This document shows, in pieces, positions 40,427-49,556 of a stretch of DNA of 64,000 nucleotides. The stretch covers positions 3,585-67,584 of the forward strand of contig CAMVDX010000012.1 in NCBI GenBank assembly GCA_947166355.1, written 5' to 3'. The stretch is from an uncultured Treponema sp. (GTDB taxonomy: Bacteria; Spirochaetota; Spirochaetia; Treponematales; Treponemataceae). Every line of letters begins with the position of its first letter. Position 1 is the first letter of the stretch. Made by a program: the position numbers and the translations under genes. The notes below the pieces were generated by a model. It did not search any database. It was not told where the DNA came from and saw only the letters and a list, made by a program, of their open reading frames with translations.

Positions 40427-40452
40427 AGATACTGAAACAAATTCAGCATGAC
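40427..40452. repeat. Family B-like palindrome (reverse orientation)
   Basis: AGATACTGAAACAAATTCAGCATGAC. Confidence 0.6.
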
Positions 40453-40470
40453 AGATGTGAGAATAGATTT

Positions 40471-41991
40471 ATGAGCATTTTTGATAACATTAACAGGTTA
40501 GCCGCTTACGGACTTAAAACCGGACTCATTCAGAAAGATGATTTGATTTTTGTAAAAAATCAGCTGCTGGCAACACTAGGGCTCGACGGCTTTGAAAACG
40601 CAGACCAGGCCGCTGCGCTTCCCGAAGTTGAAGTTTCTGATTTAGAAGAAATCTTAAAAGAGCTTGTAGATTTTGCCGTTGAAAAAAATCTGACCGGCGG
40701 CGACAGCATTGTTTACCGCGATTTATTCGACACAAAACTGATGTCAATTCTCGTAGACCGCCCGTCTAACATCAGGGCAAAGTTCTCCACCCTCTATGAA
40801 AAATCTCCAAAAGAAGCAACAGACTGGTTTTATAAATTCAGCCAGGATACGGACTACATTCGCCGCTACAGAATCTGCCGCGATGTAAAATGGATCAGTA
40901 AGACCCCATACGGCGACATGGATATCACCATAAATCTTTCGAAACCGGAAAAAGATCCAAAGGCAATTGCAGCCGCTAAAAACGCAAAAACAGTCGGCTA
41001 CCCAAGATGCCTGCTCTGCAAGGAAAACGAAGGCTACGCAGGCCGGGCAAATCACCCTGCCCGCGGCAATCACAGAATTATTCCTTTGACGCTTGCAGGT
41101 GAGAACTGGGGCTTCCAGTATTCTCCTTACGTTTACTATAACGAGCACTGTATTGTTTTTAATCAGGAACACTCTCCTATGTGCATTTCAAGAAAGACCT
41201 TTGAACGCCTTCTTGATTTTGTTACTCAGTTCCCTCACTACACTCTGGGCAGCAATGCAGACCTGCCTATTGTCGGCGGCTCAATTTTAACTCACGATCA
41301 CTTCCAGGGTGGCGCCTATGAGTTCCCGATGGCGAAGGCTCCGATTTTGAAGCAGGTAAAAATCAAAGGCTTTGAAGATGTAGAAGCCGGAATTGTAAAA
41401 TGGCCAATGTCTGTTCTCCGCATTAAGTGTGCAGACAAGAACCGTATCGTAGAGCTTGCAGATCACGTACTGCAGGCCTGGCGCGGCTACACAGACGAAG
41501 CGGCCTTTATTTTTGCAGAGACAGAGGGAGAAAAACACAACACCTTAAATCCTATTGCCCGCCGCCGCGGCGACCTTTACGAAATGGACTTAGTGCTCCG
41601 TAATAACATTACAACATCTGAGCACCCGCTTGGAGTCTACCACCCGCACGCAGAACTTCATCATATCAAAAAGGAAAATATCGGTTTGATTGAAGTTATG
41701 GGACTTGCTATTTTGCCGGGCAGACTTAAGACAGAGTTCAAGGAACTGGCTCAGGCAATACTGACTGGTCGCGACATCCGCGCCGACGAAGCCCTGAGTA
41801 AGCATGCCGACTGGCTGGACGAACTAAAAGAAAAATATAGTTCCTTTGCCGGATTGGCAGAAGACGCTATAATCGAGATACTCAAAAAAGAAACTGGTAT
41901 AGTCTTCAGCAAGGTTCTGGAGCATGCCGGCGTTTACAAATGCAATGAAGCAGGCTTAGCCGCCTTTGAAAGATTTATTGCGAAGCTGTAA
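40471..41991 (+). CDS. galT: Galactose-1-phosphate uridylyltransferase, type II
   Basis: ITINLSKPEKDPK, GGSILTHDHFQGG and KKENIGLIEVMG motifs. Confidence 0.95.
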   Translation: MSIFDNINRLAAYGLKTGLIQKDDLIFVKNQLLATLGLDGFENADQAAALPEVEVSDLEEILKELVDFAVEKNLTGGDSIVYRDLFDTKLMSILVDRPSNIRAKFSTLYEKSPKEATDWFYKFSQDTDYIRRYRICRDVKWISKTPYGDMDITINLSKPEKDPKAIAAAKNAKTVGYPRCLLCKENEGYAGRANHPARGNHRIIPLTLAGENWGFQYSPYVYYNEHCIVFNQEHSPMCISRKTFERLLDFVTQFPHYTLGSNADLPIVGGSILTHDHFQGGAYEFPMAKAPILKQVKIKGFEDVEAGIVKWPMSVLRIKCADKNRIVELADHVLQAWRGYTDEAAFIFAETEGEKHNTLNPIARRRGDLYEMDLVLRNNITTSEHPLGVYHPHAELHHIKKENIGLIEVMGLAILPGRLKTEFKELAQAILTGRDIRADEALSKHADWLDELKEKYSSFAGLAEDAIIEILKKETGIVFSKVLEHAGVYKCNEAGLAAFERFIAKL

Positions 41992-41993
41992 TA

Positions 41994-42042
41994 CGGTGGT
42001 TGAGCGGTCCCTGAGCCTGTCGAAGGGCCTGTCGAAACCACC
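41994..42042 (+). repeat. Family C palindrome with a nested variant copy
   Basis: CGGTGGTTGAG-[CGGTCCCTGAGCCTGTCGAAGGG]-CCTGTCGAAACCACC. Confidence 0.82.
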
Positions 42043-42060
42043 TTGTAAAGGAGAAATCAA

Positions 42061-43257
42061 ATGTCAGAAAATTTAACTTCAAAAGAATATAGTCCGGAAG
42101 AGCTCAAGGAAGCCTTTCTCAAAATGTATGGCGGAGACGAAGCATCTGTTCGCCTCTACTCTTCTCCTGCCCGTATAAATATAATCGGAGAGCACATAGA
42201 CTATAACGGCGGAAAAGTTTTCCCTGCCAGCATCAACCGCTATCTTTACATCGCCATCCGAAAGCGAAGCGACACAAAAGTTTTGTACAACGATGCCCGC
42301 TTCCCTGGCAGCTACGAATTCGACGTAAACCAGAACTTTGTTTACGACAAAGCAAATGATTACGCTAACTACCTGAACGGAATTCTTTCCCAGCTGAAAG
42401 AACGCGGCTTTAAGTTCGACTGCGGTTTTGAAATTCTCATGGCATCGAATATTCCGGCCGGCGGTGGCATTTCTTCGTCATCTGCACTTGAGTGCGGTTT
42501 TGCCTATGCAGTTATAGACACTTTCGGCTTTAACCTGGACCGCATAGAAATTGCAAAGCTTGGCCAGATGAGCGAGCACAATTTTATGAACGTAAAGTGC
42601 GGAATCATGGATCAGTTCATTATTGCGACCGGAAAGAAAAATCACGCAGAGCTGCTGGACTGCAATACTCTTGAATATGAGTATGTTCCCCTCGACCTGG
42701 GTGATTACCGCTTTGTTGTTATGAACACAAACAAGGTTAGAAAACTCGCTGATTCAAAATACAACGAACGCCGCGGCCAGTGCGAAGAGGCTCTGAAAAT
42801 CCTGCAGGACAATGGAGTGAAGATTGACGCCCTCTGTCAGCTTACTCCGGCCGACTGGGAGAAATACAGCTGCCTTGTAACTGACCCGATTCTCAACAAG
42901 CGCGCCCGCCACTGCATTGCAGAAAATCAGCGGGTAATAGATGCGGCTGCAACACTTAAGGCCGGCAATCTCGAAGAACTTGGCCGCCTGCTCAACGCCA
43001 GCCACAAGTCCCTCAAGGAAGATTACGAAGTAACCGGAATAGAACTGGACACCCTGGCCGAAACTTCCCAGAAACAGGAAGGCTGCCTCGGCGCCCGCAT
43101 GACAGGAGCAGGCTTCGGTGGCTGCGCTATCGCCCTTGTTCACAAAGACAAAATCGACAGCTTCATCTCAAACGTCCAGACCGCCTACGAAAAAGCAATC
43201 GGCTACAAGGCAGGCTTCTTTGTATGCGAAACAGGCGATGGAGTGACAAGAATCTAG
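42061..43257 (+). CDS. galK: Galactokinase
   Basis: RINIIGEHIDYNGG, GISSSSA, CGIMDQF and RMTGAGFGG motifs. Confidence 0.96.
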   Translation: MSENLTSKEYSPEELKEAFLKMYGGDEASVRLYSSPARINIIGEHIDYNGGKVFPASINRYLYIAIRKRSDTKVLYNDARFPGSYEFDVNQNFVYDKANDYANYLNGILSQLKERGFKFDCGFEILMASNIPAGGGISSSSALECGFAYAVIDTFGFNLDRIEIAKLGQMSEHNFMNVKCGIMDQFIIATGKKNHAELLDCNTLEYEYVPLDLGDYRFVVMNTNKVRKLADSKYNERRGQCEEALKILQDNGVKIDALCQLTPADWEKYSCLVTDPILNKRARHCIAENQRVIDAAATLKAGNLEELGRLLNASHKSLKEDYEVTGIELDTLAETSQKQEGCLGARMTGAGFGGCAIALVHKDKIDSFISNVQTAYEKAIGYKAGFFVCETGDGVTRI

Positions 43258-43264
43258 TTTTTTT

Positions 43265-43392
43265 GTCATTCCCCAGCTTGACTGGGGAATCTTCTGTCGC
43301 AATGGATTGCTTCCCACTTCGCTACGCTCGTGGTCGCAATGACAATGCTGAGAACGTCATTGCGAGGAGCCCGCAGGGCGACGTGGCAATCC
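43265..43392. repeat. Family A/B palindrome cluster between convergent galK and uvrB
   Basis: GTCATTCCCCAGCTTGACTGGGGAATC plus two family A units. Confidence 0.85.
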
Positions 43393-43393
43393 A

Positions 43394-45391
43394 TTACTTA
43401 CCGTACTGCGATTCAATTTCCCTTATCTGGTCACGCAGAGCTGCTGCCTGTTCATACTCCATTCTGTCAGCACAGGCGGTCATTTCTTCGGTGAGGGCTT
43501 TGATAAGCTTTTTGCGATCCTTAGGATTAAAGAGATTTGCCTTGTTTTTCAGAACCTCAAGCTCCATTGCGGCATCTGCTTCTGCGTCAGCTTTTTCGTG
43601 CTCGAGGATATCTTCAACTGCTTTTGAAATTGTTTTAGGCGTAATTCCGTGCTCTTTGTTGTAGGCTTCCTGAACCTCGCGGCGGTGCTTTGTCTCTTTT
43701 ACGGCAGCCTCCATGGCCGGGCTCATATGATCGGCATACATAACAACCTTACCTTCGGCATTGCGGGCGGCACGACCGATTATCTGAATGAGTGAGGTTT
43801 CCGAGCGCAAAAAGCCGATTTTATCCGCATCAAGAATTGCAATAAAGCTTACTTCCGGCAGGTCAATTCCTTCTCGCAAAAGGTTGATTCCAATAAGTAC
43901 ATCAATCTCGCCGGCACGCAAGGACTTTAAAATTTCTACACGTTCAAATGTATCAATTTCTGAATGAATGTATTTTACCTTGAGCTTGAGTTCGGTGAGA
44001 TAGTCGGTAAGGTCCTCGGCCATTTTTTTAGTCAGAGTCAAAATCAGGCTGCGCTCGTGACGGTCAATTCGCTCGCGAACTTCCTTGTAAATATCTTCCA
44101 TCTGACCTTCGCTCGGCCTGATTTCCACAATAGGATCAAGAAGTCCAGTAGGGCGAATCAGCTGCTCAACAACCTGAGTACTCTGCTTAATTTCTTCGGG
44201 ACGCGGTGTTGCAGTAACATAAATAATCTGATTCATCTTTGCGTCAAACTCAGCCTTTTTTAAAGGACGGTTATCGGCGGCAGAAGGAAGGCGGAAGCCA
44301 AAATCAATAAGATTCTGCTTGCGGCTGCGATCCCCTTCATACATGGCACCAATCTGAGGAACAGAAACGTGGGCCTCGTCTATCATGCAGAGAAAATCAT
44401 CAGGGAAATAATGCAGCAGGGTTGCGGGTGGCTCGCCCGGTGCACGGCCCGCAATCGGGGCAGAATAATTTTCGATTCCAGGGCAAGTCCCCATCTCGCG
44501 CAGCATTTCAATATCATAAGTTGTGCGGGTTTTAAGGCGTTCTGCCTCCAGCATCTTGCCGGCAGCCCTCAGCTCCTCCACCCGCTCTTCCATTTCTTTT
44601 TGAATACGGTCTGTTGCATCTATCAGCTGATCCTGACGCACAACAAAGTGCTTGGCCGGATAAAAAACGGTTTCATCAAGTTCGCCGGTAACAGAACGGT
44701 CCAGTACATTAAAGCGCTGAATGTGAACGACATCTTCCCAGTCCAGAAGGATTCGGTAACCTTCGTCGGTTTCCATATATGGCGGAAAAACTTCAATTAC
44801 ATCACCCTTAATGCGGAAGTTCCCCCTCTCAAGCACATTGTCGTTACGGCTATACTGCATGGAAATCAGGGAGTTGGCAAACTTTTTGATGTCTAGAGTC
44901 TGACCAACTTCTACATGAACGCGCATGCCCTTGTAAACATCAGGCATACCCAGACCGTAAATACAGGAAACAGTCGCAACAACAATTACGTCTCGGCGCT
45001 CCATAAGACTGTAGGTAGCCTTAAGACGCATCTGGTCTATTTCACGGTTGATGTCACAGTCTTTTTCAATATAAAGGTCTCGGGCCGCAACGTAAGCCTC
45101 AGGTTGATAATAGTCGTAATATGAGACGAAATATTCTACAGCATTATTTGGAAAAAAAGATTTGAACTCGCGGTAAAGCTGGGCCGAAAGAGTTTTGTTA
45201 TGGCTGATTATAAGAGTAGGACGCTGAACCTTTTCTATGATTTTTGCCATAGTGAAGGTTTTTCCCGAACCGGTAACACCCTTGAGAGTCTGAAACTTAT
45301 CGCCGCGAAGAAAGCCTTCTGCAAGCTTTTCAATTGCCTGCCCCTGATCCCCGCTTGGCTGAAAAGGTGAAACCACCTCAAATTTTCTCAT
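43394..45391 (-). CDS. uvrB: Excinuclease ABC subunit B
   Basis: GVTGSGKT, YYDYYQPEAY, IGRAARN motifs and a C-terminal UVR domain. Confidence 0.97.
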   Translation of the reverse strand: MRKFEVVSPFQPSGDQGQAIEKLAEGFLRGDKFQTLKGVTGSGKTFTMAKIIEKVQRPTLIISHNKTLSAQLYREFKSFFPNNAVEYFVSYYDYYQPEAYVAARDLYIEKDCDINREIDQMRLKATYSLMERRDVIVVATVSCIYGLGMPDVYKGMRVHVEVGQTLDIKKFANSLISMQYSRNDNVLERGNFRIKGDVIEVFPPYMETDEGYRILLDWEDVVHIQRFNVLDRSVTGELDETVFYPAKHFVVRQDQLIDATDRIQKEMEERVEELRAAGKMLEAERLKTRTTYDIEMLREMGTCPGIENYSAPIAGRAPGEPPATLLHYFPDDFLCMIDEAHVSVPQIGAMYEGDRSRKQNLIDFGFRLPSAADNRPLKKAEFDAKMNQIIYVTATPRPEEIKQSTQVVEQLIRPTGLLDPIVEIRPSEGQMEDIYKEVRERIDRHERSLILTLTKKMAEDLTDYLTELKLKVKYIHSEIDTFERVEILKSLRAGEIDVLIGINLLREGIDLPEVSFIAILDADKIGFLRSETSLIQIIGRAARNAEGKVVMYADHMSPAMEAAVKETKHRREVQEAYNKEHGITPKTISKAVEDILEHEKADAEADAAMELEVLKNKANLFNPKDRKKLIKALTEEMTACADRMEYEQAAALRDQIREIESQYGK

Positions 45392-45405
45392 ACAACTAAT
45401 CCCCT

Positions 45406-45564
45406 GTCATCGCGAGCGTAGTCCTCGCCATTACATGCACAACCCTCGTCATTACATGCGCAGTCCTTGCCATTACATGCACAGTCCTCGTCATTGCGAG
45501 CGTAGCGTGGCAATCCATATCAAAAATTTCCACGCCGCTCACTGAACTCACTCCTCACAATGAC
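45406..45564. repeat. Five 21-nt tandem units grading into a family A palindrome
   Basis: G(T/C)CAT starts at 45406, 45427, 45448, 45469 and 45490. Confidence 0.85.
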
Positions 45565-45573
45565 GCTGTTTTA

Positions 45574-46863
45574 CTAACTCTCCACCAGTTTAATCTTCAA
45601 AGTAACATTCTTGCGGTTACGGCGCACAACCACCGTTACCACATCCCCTGCCCGTTTGCTTTCCAGAGCCGAATAATAATCAGCCAGTGAAGTAACCGCA
45701 ATATCATCAATCTGAGTAATGACGTCGCCGCCAATGTAAATTATATCACGGCGAGAACCATAATAAGCCGCCTCAGTACCACCCAGCAAGCCTGCCGACT
45801 CAGCATTTCCTCCACGAACAACTTCCGAAATCAAAACGCCGGTAGAAATATCAAGTCCTGCATACTGTGCAATACGTCGGCTCATTTGAATAACAGTTGC
45901 ATCAATTGTACCGCGATGAACCTTTCCATATTTGATTAAATCAGCAACAACACGAACCGCAGTAGTAGACGGAACCGCAAAGCCTACGCCCGCAGAACTT
46001 CCCGAGCTCGACTGAATCATTGTATTAATACCAATCATTTTGCCGGTTGTATCCAGCAGAGGGCCTCCCGAGTTACCAGGATTAATTGCCGCATCCGTCT
46101 GAACCATGTCGCGGATTATTCTGTTATTTGAATTCTGAATAGGACGTCCAAGTCCCGAAACAATTCCCGTTGTCATAGTTCTTTCCAAACCAAATGGGTT
46201 ACCGATTGCAATAACCCGCTGTCCAACCTTGAGTGCCGAAGAATCACCGAAAGCAATTGTCTTTAATTCCATTCCACTAGGCGGAGTAAATTTAATTACG
46301 GCAAGGTCGCTGTCTAAATCAGTTCCAACAACCTCAGCCTCATACTGGGTACCGTCAAAAAGTGAAACATAAATTTTTGTTGCATCTGCTATTACGTGTA
46401 CATTTGTAAGAATATACCCGCGCTTGTCGATAATAGAACCGCTTCCGCTGCCGCCGTCCTGAACATAAGGCTGCAAAAACCAGTCATAAGCCGTTACCTG
46501 AGTATTGATGTTCACAACAGCCTCATTACAAAGCGAGTACACATTAATATTCTGAGCTTCTTCCTGTGTGTAACCAGCCGCGCCATTCACGCCGTTACCG
46601 CTTGCAACCGAAATCACATTCGCCGGATTCTGTTCCAAAAAAGCCACAGAGTTCTCAATACTCTCCGAAGCAAGCTTCGCCCCATCAGCCGAAACCTCAG
46701 TAACTTCAGCAGCACCCGAACCAGACTCCACATCCGCCGCGCCGCCTGCCGAAGAAGATTTTTTATTTGATATATTTACACAAATAGCCACAGTTAAAAG
46801 CACTGCAGCTACGACACAAAGCAAAGTTGTTCGAATTAACTGAGAATGAGAATAAAGTTTCAT
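45574..46863 (-). CDS. htrA: HtrA/DegP-like serine protease with one PDZ domain
   Basis: TNVHV, DLAV and GNSGGPL catalytic triad; N-terminal anchor. Confidence 0.92.
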   Translation of the reverse strand: MKLYSHSQLIRTTLLCVVAAVLLTVAICVNISNKKSSSAGGAADVESGSGAAEVTEVSADGAKLASESIENSVAFLEQNPANVISVASGNGVNGAAGYTQEEAQNINVYSLCNEAVVNINTQVTAYDWFLQPYVQDGGSGSGSIIDKRGYILTNVHVIADATKIYVSLFDGTQYEAEVVGTDLDSDLAVIKFTPPSGMELKTIAFGDSSALKVGQRVIAIGNPFGLERTMTTGIVSGLGRPIQNSNNRIIRDMVQTDAAINPGNSGGPLLDTTGKMIGINTMIQSSSGSSAGVGFAVPSTTAVRVVADLIKYGKVHRGTIDATVIQMSRRIAQYAGLDISTGVLISEVVRGGNAESAGLLGGTEAAYYGSRRDIIYIGGDVITQIDDIAVTSLADYYSALESKRAGDVVTVVVRRNRKNVTLKIKLVES

Positions 46864-46940
46864 ATATATAATTTAATAAAATGCACTCAATAATACAAGA
46901 TTTTTCTGAAATGAACCCCACCTCTCTATCGCGATTTCCC

Positions 46941-47053
46941 TGCCCGCGATTTCTTAGTACAAAACCGCGCAATAATGCACTACACTCTTTTTGTACCAAG
47001 CCCCGCATCCTCGCACCAAGATTTCGTAAATCTTTTATGATACGCAAGCTCTG
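46941..47053. repeat. Internally deleted, diverged copy of the 32626-32840 element
   Basis: Shares GTACAAAACCGCGCAATAATGC..TACAC and CGTAAATCTTTTAT. Confidence 0.75.
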
Positions 47054-47083
47054 GGGCGTAATATATCACAAATCCGATTTCAT

Positions 47084-47872
47084 CTAATATTTTTCAAACT
47101 CAGCCGCCGCATAATACTCATTCCAATCAGTATTGATTTCTTCATCATATTCCTCATCAAAATCCTCTTCTTCATTTTCCCTCTCACCAATATTTTTCCT
47201 TACATCACTTTCTTTATTCTGTCCTTTTTTCAACATTTTATGTTCAAGAAAACTAAAATAAGTTTCACGGCTAACAATTACATGATCAAGAAGTTCTATC
47301 CCCATTATTACAGATACCTTTTCCAAAATATCCGTAACTTCAATATCCTCCAGCGAAGGTTCACAGTTTCCAGAAGGATGATTATGACTTACAATAATTG
47401 CTGCCGCATTATCTCTCATAGCCGCCGTAAAAACCTCACGCGGATGAATCAAAGTACGATTCAACGTTCCCACAGTAATCACATGAATCTGAATAATCTC
47501 ATGACCACCGTTCAATGTAACAAGCAGAAAATGCTCCTTTTCGCATACCGCATAATTCTTCACAAACGGCACAATATCGCTCGGACTTTTTATCGGAGCC
47601 CGCAGATGACAACTTCGCCTACGCCCCAGTTCCAGAGCCGCCGCAACTGCAAGCGCCTTTCCCTGCCCCACGCCTTTCACCTGCAAAAGTTTTTCCACTG
47701 CATCTTCAAAGTCGCAGTCATCAAGTACATCCACAATTTTCTCAGCCATGCGCTCCACCGGCAGCTGTTTTGTTCCCGATCCCAGAATCAGCATAACCAG
47801 CTCATCATCAAAAAGAAACGAAAATCCATGCTCCAGCACCTTTTCCCGTACATCCGGCTTAATCTTTTCCAT
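47084..47872 (-). CDS. radC: RadC/JAB domain protein with acidic tail
   Basis: HhH motif, IHPREVF and HNHPSG...D motifs. Confidence 0.92.
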   Translation of the reverse strand: MEKIKPDVREKVLEHGFSFLFDDELVMLILGSGTKQLPVERMAEKIVDVLDDCDFEDAVEKLLQVKGVGQGKALAVAAALELGRRRSCHLRAPIKSPSDIVPFVKNYAVCEKEHFLLVTLNGGHEIIQIHVITVGTLNRTLIHPREVFTAAMRDNAAAIIVSHNHPSGNCEPSLEDIEVTDILEKVSVIMGIELLDHVIVSRETYFSFLEHKMLKKGQNKESDVRKNIGERENEEEDFDEEYDEEINTDWNEYYAAAEFEKY

Positions 47873-47881
47873 AATTTCTCC

Positions 47882-47920
47882 TTAGGAGGGGAAAGTCGAC
47901 CCCTTAGGGAGCGGCCCTGC
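47882..47920 (-). repeat. Partial family D element just upstream of radC
   Basis: Reverse complement closely matches positions 66-103. Confidence 0.8.
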
Positions 47921-48036
47921 AAAGCCCCCTGTTTTCTCTCTACATATAATATTGCCACGTCTTACGAAAACAGGAAAAGATTCAGGAAAAATATTCAAAA
48001 TTTCAGAATTTTTTTGGAATTCCCGAAAATATCAAT

Positions 48037-48735
48037 ATGAATAAAAATATTAATACAATTTCAAACGTAAAAAACTTCTTCCAGCTTAAAAAAACACCGC
48101 GCCGTTTTCACAAATCACATACATCACACAAGCTTGCCGTATCAGCTCTGATTCTCGCAGTCACAATATTCGCCTCGTGCCGAACAGTTCCAGAACAAAA
48201 GCCCGAACCAGAAACTCCGCAAAAACCCAAACTCTCGCGGAACCTCCTCGCACAAGGCCAGCTTTCCGCCGACCAGCTTGCCGCTTTTTTCCTCAGCCGC
48301 AACCCGAATGAAGACAGTGCCCACATTACACAGTTTGCCCAATATTACATAGATGAAGCCTCAGCCGAAGGAATTAACTCAGACGCCGCCTTCGCCCAAA
48401 TGTGTCTTGAAACCGGCTATCTCAGATTCGGTGGCCTAGTTCAGCCAGAATTCCACAACTACTGCGGACTGGGCGCGATGGATGCCGAACATCCGGGAGA
48501 ACAGTTTGCTACAGAAGAACTCGGAGTGCGTGCTCACATCCAGCACCTTCAGGCCTACGCCACAAAAGAAGAAACCCAGCTGCACAAGGAACTTGTCGAT
48601 CCTCGCTACAACTGGGTTCATAAAACCAAATATATAGAAACAATTTTTGATTTAACCGGCAACTGGGCCACCGACCCGCACTACGGCGAAAAAATCGACA
48701 GCCTGCTCACCGCAATGGAAGAATTCAGATATTAA
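48037..48735 (+). CDS. Glucosaminidase (GH73-like) domain lipoprotein
   Basis: FASC lipobox; AQMCLETGYL, NYCGLG and WATDPHYG motifs. Confidence 0.85.
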   Translation: MNKNINTISNVKNFFQLKKTPRRFHKSHTSHKLAVSALILAVTIFASCRTVPEQKPEPETPQKPKLSRNLLAQGQLSADQLAAFFLSRNPNEDSAHITQFAQYYIDEASAEGINSDAAFAQMCLETGYLRFGGLVQPEFHNYCGLGAMDAEHPGEQFATEELGVRAHIQHLQAYATKEETQLHKELVDPRYNWVHKTKYIETIFDLTGNWATDPHYGEKIDSLLTAMEEFRY

Positions 48736-49430
48736 CCAATAGTCGTTCCAAAATATTCCTTGTCTTCAAGGATTGCCTGAATGTTAGGAATATTTTTTCC
48801 GCCGGCGCAGATTACTTTCATACCAAGTTCGCTGGCCTTCTTTGATGCAATCGGATCAAACGGACAGTTCTTTCCAGGTGTCCATTCATCACCAACCATC
48901 TTGCGAAAGTCTTCCCATGAAATTGTATCAAGAGGCTTTGCATCCGGATTTTTTCTAGGGTCATCAGTATAAACCTTTTCGATATTTGAAAGATTTACGA
49001 TTGTCTTTGCATCAAATTTTTCACCAAGATAAACTGCATCAGTATCTGTAGAAAAGCCTGGCTTCCAGCCCGAAGCAACAAGCACCTGACCATCAAAAGC
49101 CAGATATTCTACAGTAGGATTATAAACAACATCGTTTTTGCAATAATCACCAAAACAAGCCTTTAAAAGCTGGGCATTAATACGAGTTGCCATAATTCCA
49201 ATCCAGTCTGCAGCATTTGCATCAAAGCTATCGCCGGTCTTTTCACAAACTTCCTTAAAACCATTCTGATAAACGCGCGCAGGAGCTCCACCTCCGGCAA
49301 CCAGAATCAATCTGTTCTGCCTGTCAGAATCAAGCCATTTTTTACACATTGTTACAAACTCACTCAAAAAAACACTGTCCGGCTTATCCGGCGCAATAAT
49401 AGAACCACCAACAGATAAAATTTTAGTCAT
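48732..49430 (-). CDS. pyrH: UMP kinase (archaeal/treponemal type)
   Basis: SVGGS, AGGG..AR.Y, DWIGIMATRINA and PGFSTD motifs; start at 49430 (GGAGG SD). Confidence 0.9.
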   Translation of the reverse strand: MTKILSVGGSIIAPDKPDSVFLSEFVTMCKKWLDSDRQNRLILVAGGGAPARVYQNGFKEVCEKTGDSFDANAADWIGIMATRINAQLLKACFGDYCKNDVVYNPTVEYLAFDGQVLVASGWKPGFSTDTDAVYLGEKFDAKTIVNLSNIEKVYTDDPRKNPDAKPLDTISWEDFRKMVGDEWTPGKNCPFDPIASKKASELGMKVICAGGKNIPNIQAILEDKEYFGTTIG

Positions 49431-49556
49431 TTTCTTATAACCTCCATTACACCATAAACAGTCGGCAAGCACAGCTTGCCTCTGAGGCATTTTTTCGATG
49501 AACCTAAAATGGCCCGCTACCGCAGCCCATTTTTTAACGGTTCTTCGATTGTAGCC

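Noticed and set aside
47084-47872. radC as a marker of a mobile or defence island
   Set aside because: It is the full-length chromosomal type among housekeeping genes, with no integrase or att-like repeats nearby.
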